Positions 37,367 to 46,505 of a stretch of 64,000 nucleotides of DNA are shown here, piece by piece; within the stretch, counting starts at the first letter, position 1; each line of letters begins with the position of its first letter. The stretch covers positions 11,577 through 75,576 of the forward strand of contig CAWDYC010000009.1 in the NCBI GenBank assembly GCA_963806535.1, written 5' to 3'. The DNA comes from Candidatus Bathyarchaeota archaeon. GTDB lineage: Archaea; Thermoproteota; Bathyarchaeia; Bathyarchaeales; Bathycorpusculaceae. The notes beneath the pieces are model-generated. The model was not told the origin of the DNA and ran no database searches. It saw only the letters and a program-made list of their open reading frames with translations. A program made the position numbers and the translations under genes.

Positions 37367-38200
37367 TTATCCTGTTAACCGTTTTTTCATTAGGTTAATG
37401 CTTAGAATAAAGAAGAATAATGTTACTAGTATTATCCACACTAAACTCACAAGTATTAACATTGCAGGGTTTAACCCGAGAATTGGCTCAAGTTTCCCCG
37501 AAATAAGTCCTCGAGTAATGTTCACTACATGCGTTAGTGGCAGAACAGCCATGGCGATACCCTGAGCTGCAGAAGGCAAAGATGTCAAAGGGAAGAATGT
37601 GCCGGATAAGAAGAACATTGGCGTCAAAAACAAAAATGAAGGAAAATTGAAGAAGTCAATGTTTGGTGCAATTGACGTGAAGCACATGGCGATGGATGCA
37701 AACATTAATCCGCCGAAAAACGCAAATGGGATAACGAGTAGGAATAGCGGGGTTGAAATTAATCCGAACGCTGCAACCACTGCCAACACGATTGTTGTGT
37801 TGATAGTTGCTCTTGTTGCTCCCCAAAGAAGTTCACCCGCAACGACTTCTTCAACACTCACGGGTGTGGCAACGATGGCGTCGAAGGTTTTTTGGAAGTA
37901 CATACGTACGAATGATGCAAAGGTGCATTCGAAAAATGAGCCGTTCATGACAGAAATCGCTACCAATGCGGGTGCGATGAAGCTTATGTATGATTGGCCT
38001 CTGATGCTTGGGATGAATCCGCCGAGGCCAAAGCCGAATGCCACCAGGTAGAGTATGGGTTCGAGAAGTGAAGGTATGAAGTTGACAACTATGGTTTTTG
38101 TGAAGACATCAAAGTTTCGTCTCCATACCGTCCAGACTCTGTAAGTTAATTTTGGTATTGCGAAACGTGCAGGCGACTTGCGAAGGTTGAGGGTGGTCAT
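37367..38200 (-). CDS. ABC-2 type exporter permease (NodJ-like)
   Basis: 6-TM ABC-2 pattern. There is a 4-nt overlap with the ATPase gene. Confidence 0.8.
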   Translation of the reverse strand: MTTLNLRKSPARFAIPKLTYRVWTVWRRNFDVFTKTIVVNFIPSLLEPILYLVAFGFGLGGFIPSIRGQSYISFIAPALVAISVMNGSFFECTFASFVRMYFQKTFDAIVATPVSVEEVVAGELLWGATRATINTTIVLAVVAAFGLISTPLFLLVIPFAFFGGLMFASIAMCFTSIAPNIDFFNFPSFLFLTPMFFLSGTFFPLTSLPSAAQGIAMAVLPLTHVVNITRGLISGKLEPILGLNPAMLILVSLVWIILVTLFFFILSINLMKKRLTG

Positions 38201-39123
38201 TCTTCTCTGAGGCCTCTTCCTGTCAATTTAAGGAAAACATCTTCAAGATTTGTCGTGCGTATGGTCACATTTTGCATGGGATGTTCTTTTAGATAGCCTT
38301 CAAAAACGCCATGCGGTTCATCAGTGAAGATTTGTAGCCGTTCGCCTAGATGCTCAAAATCTGCGCCTGGAAAAGCCTCTTTCAAACTGGGAAGCAGTTT
38401 CTCGTCATAATCAACTTCTAAAACCTCTTCGCCAACATGTTTCTTTACCAGTTCAGATGGCTTGCCTTCCTCTATGATTTTTCCTTTATCAACAATTAAT
38501 ATACGGTCGCACAGAACAGCGGCTTCATCCATGTAATGAGTGGTTAAAATTATCGTGACTTGCTTTTTCTTTAAGTTGCGTACTTCGTCCCATGCTAAGT
38601 GCCGGGCTTGAGGATCTAATCCGGTGGTGGGTTCATCTAAAAGAAGGATTTGAGGTTGATTTATTAGAGCTCGCGCAAAAATTAGGCGCCGCTTCATGCC
38701 TCCTGACAGGGCAGCGATGGGTACATCTTTTTTTTCTTCAAGTTGGAAAAACTTTAGCTGCTCATTTGCCCTTTTGATTGCTTCGTCTTTTGGAATGTCA
38801 AAGTAGCGGCAATAAACCGTTAGGTTTTTTATAACTGTGAAATCTGGGTCTAAATTGTCCTCTTGAGGCGCTACGCCAACAATGCTTTTTATTTCTCGGC
38901 ATTGTTTGTTAACGCTAAATCCAGCTACTTTAAGTTCGCCTGATGTTGGAGGCAGAAAGCAGTAAATCATGCGTACAGTGGTCGTTTTGCCGGCGCCGTT
39001 GGGACCCAAAAAACCTACGCATTCACCTTTGTAAACTTTGAAATCTATTTGGTCTACTGCTGTAACGTCATCAAATTTCTTGGTTAGCCCCTGGGCTTCA
39101 ATTAGAACTTCTGGAGAAGTCAT
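38197..39123 (-). CDS. ABC transporter ATP-binding protein (NodI-like)
   Basis: GPNGAGKTTT, LSGGMKRRL, and LLLDEPTTGLD. Confidence 0.9.
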   Translation of the reverse strand: MTSPEVLIEAQGLTKKFDDVTAVDQIDFKVYKGECVGFLGPNGAGKTTTVRMIYCFLPPTSGELKVAGFSVNKQCREIKSIVGVAPQEDNLDPDFTVIKNLTVYCRYFDIPKDEAIKRANEQLKFFQLEEKKDVPIAALSGGMKRRLIFARALINQPQILLLDEPTTGLDPQARHLAWDEVRNLKKKQVTIILTTHYMDEAAVLCDRILIVDKGKIIEEGKPSELVKKHVGEEVLEVDYDEKLLPSLKEAFPGADFEHLGERLQIFTDEPHGVFEGYLKEHPMQNVTIRTTNLEDVFLKLTGRGLREE

Positions 39124-39234
39124 GAAATAACCAAAATAAAGGTTGCATCGTGAAACTTAAAATTAACTGCTCTGATATTTTAACCGTTTAAAAACTATAT
39201 TTATAGAAACGATAGTCGGCAAATCCGAACAAGC

Positions 39235-39372
39235 AGAAGAAGAAGTGTGCCCCTGCAGGTTTTCTTCTTCTTTTAAAAGCAGAGAAGAAGTAGGACGCGG
39301 TGCTATTTCCAGCCGTCCTTCTTCTTCTATCAGAGAAAAACAACACCCAGTGCTACACCAACCGTTGTTGTT
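39235..39372. promoter_or_regulatory. Three tandem hairpins with purine-repeat stems and related 16-19-nt loops (candidate structured RNA or operator array)
   Basis: HP1: 39235-39245 pairs with 39264-39274 (AGAAGAAGAAG/CTTCTTCTTTT). HP2: 39283-39297 pairs with 39314-39328 (15 positions, one T:T mismatch). HP3: 39339-39345 pairs with 39366-39372. Every loop contains GTGC. Confidence 0.4.
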
Positions 39373-39534
39373 CTACTTGAATAATCTTAACCTACTATTC
39401 AAAAGACAAGAAAGTCTTTGATAAAAATCTTTCAGGGTAATCTCTTGTCCCATTTTTCTATTGCAATTGCAGGTATAATCACAGAAAATCAATAAGTCTT
39501 AAATGTGCATGGGCTGTAATCAAAGGAGGCGTGA

Positions 39535-40260
39535 ATGATTATGAAGATGGATTATGTAGTGTTTGAACCAACCAATGAGCGCCTTGCGCAGATTATCGTA
39601 AGATTTCTTCAGGAAAGAGGTTATAATGCTGGTTATCAACTCGGTTACCCTAAAAATAAAATCTTCATGAGAGCTGATACCAAAGAAGAAGCAAACAGAA
39701 TTTCAGGGATAATTAGAAAGTTCATGGAAGAATTCAGCCTAACTGGAAGCGAAATAACATTTGATGAATTAAAGAATTCAATAAACATACCCGAGAGAGT
39801 GGTGACAGAGGCAGAAAATGCAGCAAATTTGGCGACAAAACCTGAATTTGAATCAGAAAAACCTGAACCCGAAGAAACAGAGCCAATGCCAGAACTAGAA
39901 ATAGAACCCGAAGAACCCGAACCAAAGTCAATGCTCGAACTTGAGCCAGAACTAGAACCAGAAGAAACAGAAAAAGAACCAGCACCCGAATGGGAGCTAG
40001 AATTAGAAGAACCCGAACCAGAAACAACACATGAATTGGAGCCAGAGCCGGAACCAGAAGAACCAGAGCCAATCCCAGAATTAGAGCCAGAACCCGAAGA
40101 AACAGAAATAGAACCAATACTTGAAATAGAACCAGAACCCGAAAAGCCTGAGCCAGAGCCAATCCCAGAATTAGAGCCAGAACCCGAAGAAACAGAAAAA
40201 TTTGAACCAAAACAAAAACCGGACACGAAGAACAAATCCCAATCTCAGTTCGTCTTATAA
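39535..40260 (+). CDS. Protein with a small globular N-domain and a roughly 140-aa hyperacidic Pro/Glu repeat tail
   Basis: GGAGG lies 6 nt before the ATG. The tail reads [23 protein letters not shown]...[16 protein letters not shown], repeated. The tail ends in basic [11 protein letters not shown]. Confidence 0.7.
   Translation: MIMKMDYVVFEPTNERLAQIIVRFLQERGYNAGYQLGYPKNKIFMRADTKEEANRISGIIRKFMEEFSLTGSEITFDELKNSINIPERVVTEAENAANLATKPEFESEKPEPEETEPMPELEIEPEEPEPKSMLELEPELEPEETEKEPAPEWELELEEPEPETTHELEPEPEPEEPEPIPELEPEPEETEIEPILEIEPEPEKPEPEPIPELEPEPEETEKFEPKQKPDTKNKSQSQFVL
40063..40198 (+). repeat. Direct 46-nt repeat with 90-nt period inside the acidic-tail coding region
   Basis: CCAGAGCCAATCCCAGAATTAGAGCCAGAACCCGAAGAAACAGAAA occurs at 40063-40108 and identically at 40153-40198. 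Confidence 0.8.
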
Positions 40261-40669
40261 TTGGCGCGGATCTTCAAATATTGGGGGTCTTTCTATAATA
40301 CTCTAATTGTTCTAGTGCCGTCTAGAAAAAAGTCGACTAAGAATTGGTGACATCTTCGAGCATTTTAGGTTTGCTGGGGCTCTGGAAAACTTAAGGAAGA
40401 AAAACGCAAATGAAAACACTAGCTTTCCGCGTAATTTCAACCAGAGCCCACTCAGCCCCAAATCTTACACGAATAAATGTTGACTAAGCGTTTATAAAAC
40501 TTTACAATACCGCGAAAAATACTAAATGAAATAGCCAGTTTACCGATAAATATGGCAATAATGTTTGAAAATACCACACAGAATAGGAAAAACAAAACGT
40601 GGCAATTGAAAAAACACCAAGCGTTTTCAGCTGTCAGCACTATTTGCTAATTAAAAGTTTAAAGGCAAA

Positions 40670-43072
40670 TTGGTTCTAGTTATTATTGGCGAATTGACTG
40701 TGAAAGTGTCTTTTTGGCTTCTCGACATCAACCCCAAAATCGATGGCGCATCCGTTGAGCTGTGGCTTTGGGGAATTGACAAAAGCGGTGGCCAAGTGTT
40801 AGTTATTGAAAGAAATTTTAATGCTTACTTTTACGCTGTGATCAAAGACGATTGCGATCCATTTCAGACTTCAGCAAAAATCATGAATGCCTATCCATCT
40901 TCAATTGTAAATGCAGAAGCGGTTGAGCGCAGGTTCTTCGGCAAACCCGTGAATGCAATAAAAATCTGCTGCAAGGTTGCAACTGAAACAGTTAAACTTG
41001 CAAAAGATCTTCGAAGCTTCGAAGGAGTAAAAGAGTGCCTCGAAGACGACATTCGCGTTACCATGCGGTACCTCATTGATAATGATGTTGCTCCATGTGC
41101 TTGGCATGAAGTAGAGGCTGAAGAAGAAGAAAAGAAATCAGGAGTAAGAGTTGACAAAGTTTATGCTGCAAAATCCATTCCAAAACAGCTTGATTGCGTC
41201 GATAAACCCCCGCTTAAAGTGCTTAGTTTCTCAATGATAAGTTACAGTAAGGAGGGCTCGCCTAAACCAGACAGAAACCCCGTGGTTATAATTTCTACGG
41301 TTAACAGCGACGGCAAAGAAAAGCAGTTTACAGCCGGCGATGACAAAAACGACAAGCCTGTTCTACAACAGTTTATTGATTATATTTGCATGTTTGATCC
41401 AGACGTCATTGTAAGTTTTGGAGCTAACGCTAAAGATTGGGATTACCTGATAAAACGAAGCCATAGGCTTCAGAGAACGTTTGACGTTGACCGAGGCAAA
41501 AAAGAACCTCATACCAGCATTTACGGTCACGTATCATTCACGGGCATCGCCAACGTTGACCTTGCCGATTTCATGGATGTTTTTCCCGAAGTGAAGGTAA
41601 AGACCCTAGCAAACTTGGCTTATTATTTGGGTGCAACGAAAGATACCTCGAAAATAGAGGATGTAGATTTTCCCGATTATTGGGACCAACCGCAAAAAAG
41701 AGAAACCCTCAAAGAATTCAGTTTAAACAAAGCTCGAAAAATCCAAAGCTCTGCAGTTTTGCTGCTTGATTTCGGAATGCAACTTTCAAACCTTGTTAGT
41801 CTGCCCTTGGATCATGTGATGACAGCTGCTGTTGGATTTAGAGTTGAATGGTTTTTGATTAAACAAATCAGCAAAATCGGCGAGCTTATTCCCAGGCGTA
41901 TAGAGCAGCCGTATCGCCCTTACGCTGGCGGGTTAGTTCTTAGTCCAAAACCAGGTTTGCACGATAACATTGCTGTTTTAGATTTTAAATCAATGTACCC
42001 AAACATCATGATAAGATACAACCTTTCACCAGACACATACATTGCCCCAGAAGATCCTGAACCGCCAGCAGGATTCTACGAAGCTCCAGAAGTAAAATAT
42101 CGATTCCGAAAAGTACCGCCAGGATTCTACAAAGAAGCTTTAACCTATCTGATTGGAGTTAGAAGCAAAATACGAGCGCTAATGAAGCAGTTAAATCCCA
42201 GCACGGTTGAATACAACATCTTAGATGCAAGGCAAAAAGCAGTAAAAATAATTACAAACGCCGCGTACGGCTACGCTGGCTGGATTGGAGCAAGATGGTA
42301 CATTAAACCCGTCGCTGAAGCAGCATCTGCCTGGGGCAGACACTCAATTTTAAGCGCTACACATTTAGCTGAAAATAAAGGTTTAAAAATTATTTACGGT
42401 GACACAGACAGCCTGTTTCTAACAAACGACGAAAAAAAACTTCTTGAACTCAAAGAGAAAATCGGCGAAGATTTGGGTTTGGAAGTAGAAGTAGGTGAAG
42501 TGTACAAACGTATTTTCTTTACAGAAGCCAAAAAACGTTATGCGGGCTTACGGCTGGACGACAGCTTGGATATCGTGGGGTTAGAAGTTATCCGCGGCGA
42601 CTGGGCTGAAGTAGCAAAAAAAGTGCAAGAACATGTCCTTGAAATAATCTTGAAAGAGCAGTCGCCAAAAAACGCAATAGTCTACGTGCATAAGGTAATC
42701 TCTCAGTTAAGGCTAAGAGAAATTCCTTTTCATGACTTAATAATTTGGAAAACACTGACCAAAGCGCCTGAACAATACGCCATTAGAGCTCCCCACGTTG
42801 AAGCTGCAAAGATGCTCAAAGAAAAAGGCTGGCGTCTAACAGCAGGCGATAAAGTAGGCTTTGTTATACTAACGGGTCAGGGGCGTTTTTACAGTCGCGT
42901 GAAACCCTACGTTTTTGCAAAGTATGAAGAGGTAGACGTTGATTACTACATAACTAACCAGATAGTTCCGGCTGCAGTTAGAATACTTGGATTCTTCAAC
43001 GTAACCGAAAAAGAACTGATTAAAGAAGCAAAAGAAACTGAAGAAACTAAAAGTTTAATGGATTATATTTAA
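40670..43072 (+). CDS. polB: Family-B DNA polymerase
   Basis: Motif A DFKSMYPNIM, motif B KIITNAAYGYAGW, and motif C IIYGDTDSL. The sequence is colinear with Pfu/Tgo PolB throughout. The true start may be GTG at about 40697 (VKVSFWLLDI). Confidence 0.9.
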   Translation: MVLVIIGELTVKVSFWLLDINPKIDGASVELWLWGIDKSGGQVLVIERNFNAYFYAVIKDDCDPFQTSAKIMNAYPSSIVNAEAVERRFFGKPVNAIKICCKVATETVKLAKDLRSFEGVKECLEDDIRVTMRYLIDNDVAPCAWHEVEAEEEEKKSGVRVDKVYAAKSIPKQLDCVDKPPLKVLSFSMISYSKEGSPKPDRNPVVIISTVNSDGKEKQFTAGDDKNDKPVLQQFIDYICMFDPDVIVSFGANAKDWDYLIKRSHRLQRTFDVDRGKKEPHTSIYGHVSFTGIANVDLADFMDVFPEVKVKTLANLAYYLGATKDTSKIEDVDFPDYWDQPQKRETLKEFSLNKARKIQSSAVLLLDFGMQLSNLVSLPLDHVMTAAVGFRVEWFLIKQISKIGELIPRRIEQPYRPYAGGLVLSPKPGLHDNIAVLDFKSMYPNIMIRYNLSPDTYIAPEDPEPPAGFYEAPEVKYRFRKVPPGFYKEALTYLIGVRSKIRALMKQLNPSTVEYNILDARQKAVKIITNAAYGYAGWIGARWYIKPVAEAASAWGRHSILSATHLAENKGLKIIYGDTDSLFLTNDEKKLLELKEKIGEDLGLEVEVGEVYKRIFFTEAKKRYAGLRLDDSLDIVGLEVIRGDWAEVAKKVQEHVLEIILKEQSPKNAIVYVHKVISQLRLREIPFHDLIIWKTLTKAPEQYAIRAPHVEAAKMLKEKGWRLTAGDKVGFVILTGQGRFYSRVKPYVFAKYEEVDVDYYITNQIVPAAVRILGFFNVTEKELIKEAKETEETKSLMDYI

Positions 43073-44222
43073 GCTTGGACAATGGCATCTTGGAAAGTTA
43101 CCAATTCAACATTTAATGCTGGCTTTACTGCTTCTGAAATGCGTGACGCAACTATTCGCCTAATGTTTTTGTCAGCTGCAATGTCAACAATTCTCTGGGT
43201 AATAATCCCGTCGAAAACCACTGTGTCAACGCCAGTCACTTGCTGAAGTTTCTCGGCTAATTGGCTTACAGGTAATCGCTCGACGAATTCAAATTTCTCG
43301 TTAAGCAAGACTGCTTCAAGTGTGCCCTGTAATGCTTTTGCTGCTTGACCTACGGGCTCTGGAACTTCAACTTTGATGCGGTGAGGTACTGGCGGTTCAG
43401 GTTTTTTAGTGGCTTTAGGAGGTGCTACGGCTTCAGCAATTGGAAGCTTATTTTCTATGGCTTCAGCGATTTCTTTACAGTTACATTCTTCGATTTCTTT
43501 GCCTCGAGGAGCTCGGCCGACAAATTTGACACTTGTAACTTGGATTAGCTCTTTAAGTATCAAGTCTCCGCCTCGGTCACCATCTAGCAAGGCAGTTGCT
43601 GGTTTTTCTTTGGTTAACTTCTTTATTGACTCTGGAACTTTGGCGCCTTCAAGGGCAACAGTGTTGAAAATTCCGCATCGCATTAAGTTGATTATGTCTG
43701 CGCGTCCCTCGACAACAAAAATTTCTTTTGCAGCATCTAGTCCTGGACCTGCAGGCAAGTCTTCTGGGCCGTACTTTTCTACTTTTCCAACTTTCATGGT
43801 TTCAGAAATTTCTTTGTAAACGTCATCGACACTGGGCATTGACTCGATAGTCCATTTGTGGAGAATTTCTTTTGCACGGTCAATAATGATTTTTCTTCGC
43901 GCTTCACGGATATCTTCGATTCTGTCTATGCCGACTTTTGCTGAGCATGGACCAACGCGGTTAATGCTTTCAATGCTTGCTGCAATAAGAGCTGTTGAAA
44001 CCCGGTCTAAACTGGTTGGAATAGTTATTAAGCCCGTGGTTTTGTCGTTTTTTGAGTGTAAATCAATTTCGATTCTTCCGATTCGACCTGTTTTCTGAAG
44101 TTCTCGTAGATCAAGTTCAGGTCCAAAAAGTCCTTCTGTTTGACCGAAAACTGCGCCTATAACATCGGGTTTTTCTACTACGCCTTCAATTTCAAATCTC
44201 GCGTGAATAACGTACTTAATCG
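43069..44222 (-). CDS. dnaG: Archaeal DnaG (TOPRIM) primase-like protein; -1 frame change at about 44161 and no canonical start found
   Basis: TOPRIM motifs IFVVEGRADIINL and LLDGDRGGDLI. The frame of the track ORF 43069..43839 stays open to 44160 (GAVFGQTEGLFGPELDLRELQKTGRIGRIEI). The N-terminal KYVIHARFEIEGVVEKPD lies in another frame at 44163-44216. Confidence 0.8.
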
Positions 44223-44454
44223 TAAATGTTTGGGATGTTCCCGTAAATATGCACTTCCTATTTGTAAATTATTTAATTATGTTAAATCGCATAAGGCGAG
44301 TGTATCTCGCATTAATGAGATTTTTAATTATTTTATTAGTTTGATAAAATTTAGGTGCAAGCTATTTAATATAACTTGTGTAGCCCAGCTATTTATCCTA
44401 AGTACTTTTCTCATTTTTAGTTCATTTCAAATAGGTGACTAAATTGGCGTGTTA

Positions 44455-44714
44455 ATGGAGTCAATAGAAAACACGTTGGAAAGTTTTTATCGCCCAATGG
44501 ACAATATTATATTGCATTTAGCGGGCAATTCTTTTTCGACAACAATGCAAGAAGGTTTCAAGATAGACAAAAAAAATTGCCGAATAGACTTGACAACCTT
44601 CTTAGAGAGGGCTGCTTAGACAAAGAAACTTATATGTTAAGGATTCTTGAAACATTATCAGAAAAACTCAATTCTATGGAAAACAAAGAAGGCAATTCAA
44701 CCATCCAGAAATAG
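44455..44714 (+). CDS. Hypothetical small protein, frame change in an A8 run (44571-44578)
   Basis: MESIENTLESFYRPMDNIILHLAG...FKIDKK continues as LPNRLDNLLREGCLDKETYMLRILETLSEKLNSMENKEGNSTIQK in another frame. Confidence 0.3.
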
Positions 44715-44795
44715 AAGAAGAGAGAAAAAAGAATAGAATATATCAAAAATGGGAAAGATCCTTTTAGCCAAGAAATACAAGCTGATTGTCAGAAA

Positions 44796-45062
44796 TTACC
44801 AGTTCCAGGGAAGTGCGCCAGGGTAATAAATCTGAAGAACAACAAAAACGAGTAAAATTATCACAATGCCAGTGATTATGGCTTTTAATGCAGTGAAAGA
44901 GATCCTGAGTTTGGGAGAATGCTCTCTAACGGAATTCTGATTTGCTTCATGTCCACGTTGAATTTCAGGCATCGGTGAATTTTTCTGAGACATTGCTTTT
45001 CCACAGAATTCGCAAAATAAAACATCGTCTTTGTTTTGTCTTCCGCAAAAGTTGCAAAACAT
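44796..45062 (-). CDS. Zinc-ribbon protein with C-terminal TM anchor
   Basis: MFCNFCGRQN...FCEFCGK followed by one TM helix. Confidence 0.55.
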   Translation of the reverse strand: MFCNFCGRQNKDDVLFCEFCGKAMSQKNSPMPEIQRGHEANQNSVREHSPKLRISFTALKAIITGIVIILLVFVVLQIYYPGALPWNW

Positions 45063-45127
45063 CTATGTGGCTCCTTTATTTTGTTTGTAAGCGATGGCAA
45101 TAAAGTTTACTTAGTTTACAAAAGTAC

Positions 45128-45228
45128 GGTTTGGCGAACCAATTGTGTTAACCATGCGACATCTGAAAAATTTCGGAAGAGAAGAGAGCACGTGTCGCAT
45201 TTTTTGATTAATTATTGATTCGCCAAAC
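45128..45228. repeat. Nested inverted repeats (imperfect roughly 100-bp palindrome)
   Basis: Outer arms GGTTTGGCGAA (45128-45138) and TTCGCCAAAC (45219-45228). Inner arms ATGCGACA (45154-45161) and TGTCGCAT (45193-45200). Confidence 0.6.
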
Positions 45229-45513
45229 TATCCACGCGGGTTGTCATTACGCATTTATATGATTGTCGAGAAAAAATAAAAGAATATGTTGTTGCATCAT
45301 AGAGCCAACATTATAGGCTCTTAGCTTTAACTTACTTGTTTCCTGAGCGCTTATCTCCCAATTCCGCTACCATATTACACTCTAGATTGTTCCCTTGCCT
45401 ACTCGTTAAACATAATTTTACTAGCCAAAATGAGTCCGCGACCAATTGCGGGCTTTACCCTTTAGCTTAAATAATAAATCAGCCAAAAGGTAAATCCGTA
45501 AACGGCGACTGCC

Positions 45514-46329
45514 ATGAGCTTAAGCTTAAACCCTGAATACGAAAAATTGCTTCCTAAAATGTCTGAAGAAGAATTCGCCGAGCTCAAAGCATCCATTCAA
45601 GCTGAAGGGCAACATTACGCTATAATAGTGAACGAGGACTTGGAAGTTTTGGATGGGCATCATAGGTATCGTGCCTGTTCTGAATTGGGTATTGAGCCAG
45701 ATTTTGAGGTTCGGAAGTTTGATGATAAGCTTTTGGAGAAAAAATTTGTTATAGAATCTAATCTTAGGCGTCGGCATCTAAATAATTTTCAGCTTGTGGA
45801 GTTGGCTGCACCGCTTCTTGAGATTGAGCAGGCGCTGGCAAAACAACGGCAGGCTAAAGGAGGAAAAAACGGGCGAAACTTGCAGTTAGGCATAGCGCCA
45901 ATAGACATTGAGCCGGAGTTTAAGGCAAAAGCAGCTGAAGCAGTCGCCAAAAAAGCTGGCGTTTCAACGCGTACTTTTGAGCGAGGCAAAGTAATACTTC
46001 AAGAAGCAAGCGAAGATGATAAGCAAAAACTTCGCGAAGGCAAAACTAGCATAACTCACGTTTACAACGAAATTGTTTCGGGCGAGCAGCCTAAAGAAGA
46101 TTCGACTGAAGCATCTATAGTAAAGCAGGAGACAGCTCGGGATTTGAAGAATAAGGCGGATTTACTGGAGATTCTGGAGCGTCTTCAGAAAGGGGAGTTG
46201 TTCTGTCCCGCATGTGGAAATCCCATGTTGCAATGTAGCAAATGCCATAAAACTTTGGAAACTCTGCTGGAATTGAGGGGTCCAAAAGCAAAGTACATCA
46301 ACAAGGATCAAAATGAAAATCCTACCTAA
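45514..46329 (+). CDS. ParB-like nuclease-domain (ParB/Srx fold) protein with HTH region and C-terminal zinc ribbon
   Basis: IIVNEDLEVLDGHHRYRACSELGI (ParB N-domain), KAGVSTRTFERGK (HTH-like), and CPACGNPMLQCSKCHK. Confidence 0.7.
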   Translation: MSLSLNPEYEKLLPKMSEEEFAELKASIQAEGQHYAIIVNEDLEVLDGHHRYRACSELGIEPDFEVRKFDDKLLEKKFVIESNLRRRHLNNFQLVELAAPLLEIEQALAKQRQAKGGKNGRNLQLGIAPIDIEPEFKAKAAEAVAKKAGVSTRTFERGKVILQEASEDDKQKLREGKTSITHVYNEIVSGEQPKEDSTEASIVKQETARDLKNKADLLEILERLQKGELFCPACGNPMLQCSKCHKTLETLLELRGPKAKYINKDQNENPT

Positions 46330-46505
46330 CTATTTATGATAATCTTCATCTAACTCGCTTCTTAGAAAACTTCAGCGACACAGTCTTAAAAATGTATCAG
46401 CCACTCGAAGCGAGAGAATGTGTTTTGGCCGTTGAATAACTAACTTTTCCGAAGCGTAAATAATAATAGCCCTGCGAGAACAACATTACTGCGTAAAGTG
46501 ATAAC

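Noticed and set aside
39645-40235. Long minus-strand ORFs (196 aa, Ser/Gly-rich; 158 aa, Leu/Val-rich) antisense to the acidic repeat gene
   Set aside because: They are shadow frames of the GAA/CCA-rich repeat. They are low complexity, have no start context, and the plus-strand gene has a GGAGG ribosome-binding site and a structured N-domain.
40670-46329. polB-dnaG-ParB region as an integrated virus or plasmid
   Set aside because: There is no integrase, no capsid or packaging genes, and no flanking direct repeats. The only tRNA is 20 kb away, and dnaG is a core archaeal gene. polB is colinear with chromosomal archaeal PolB.
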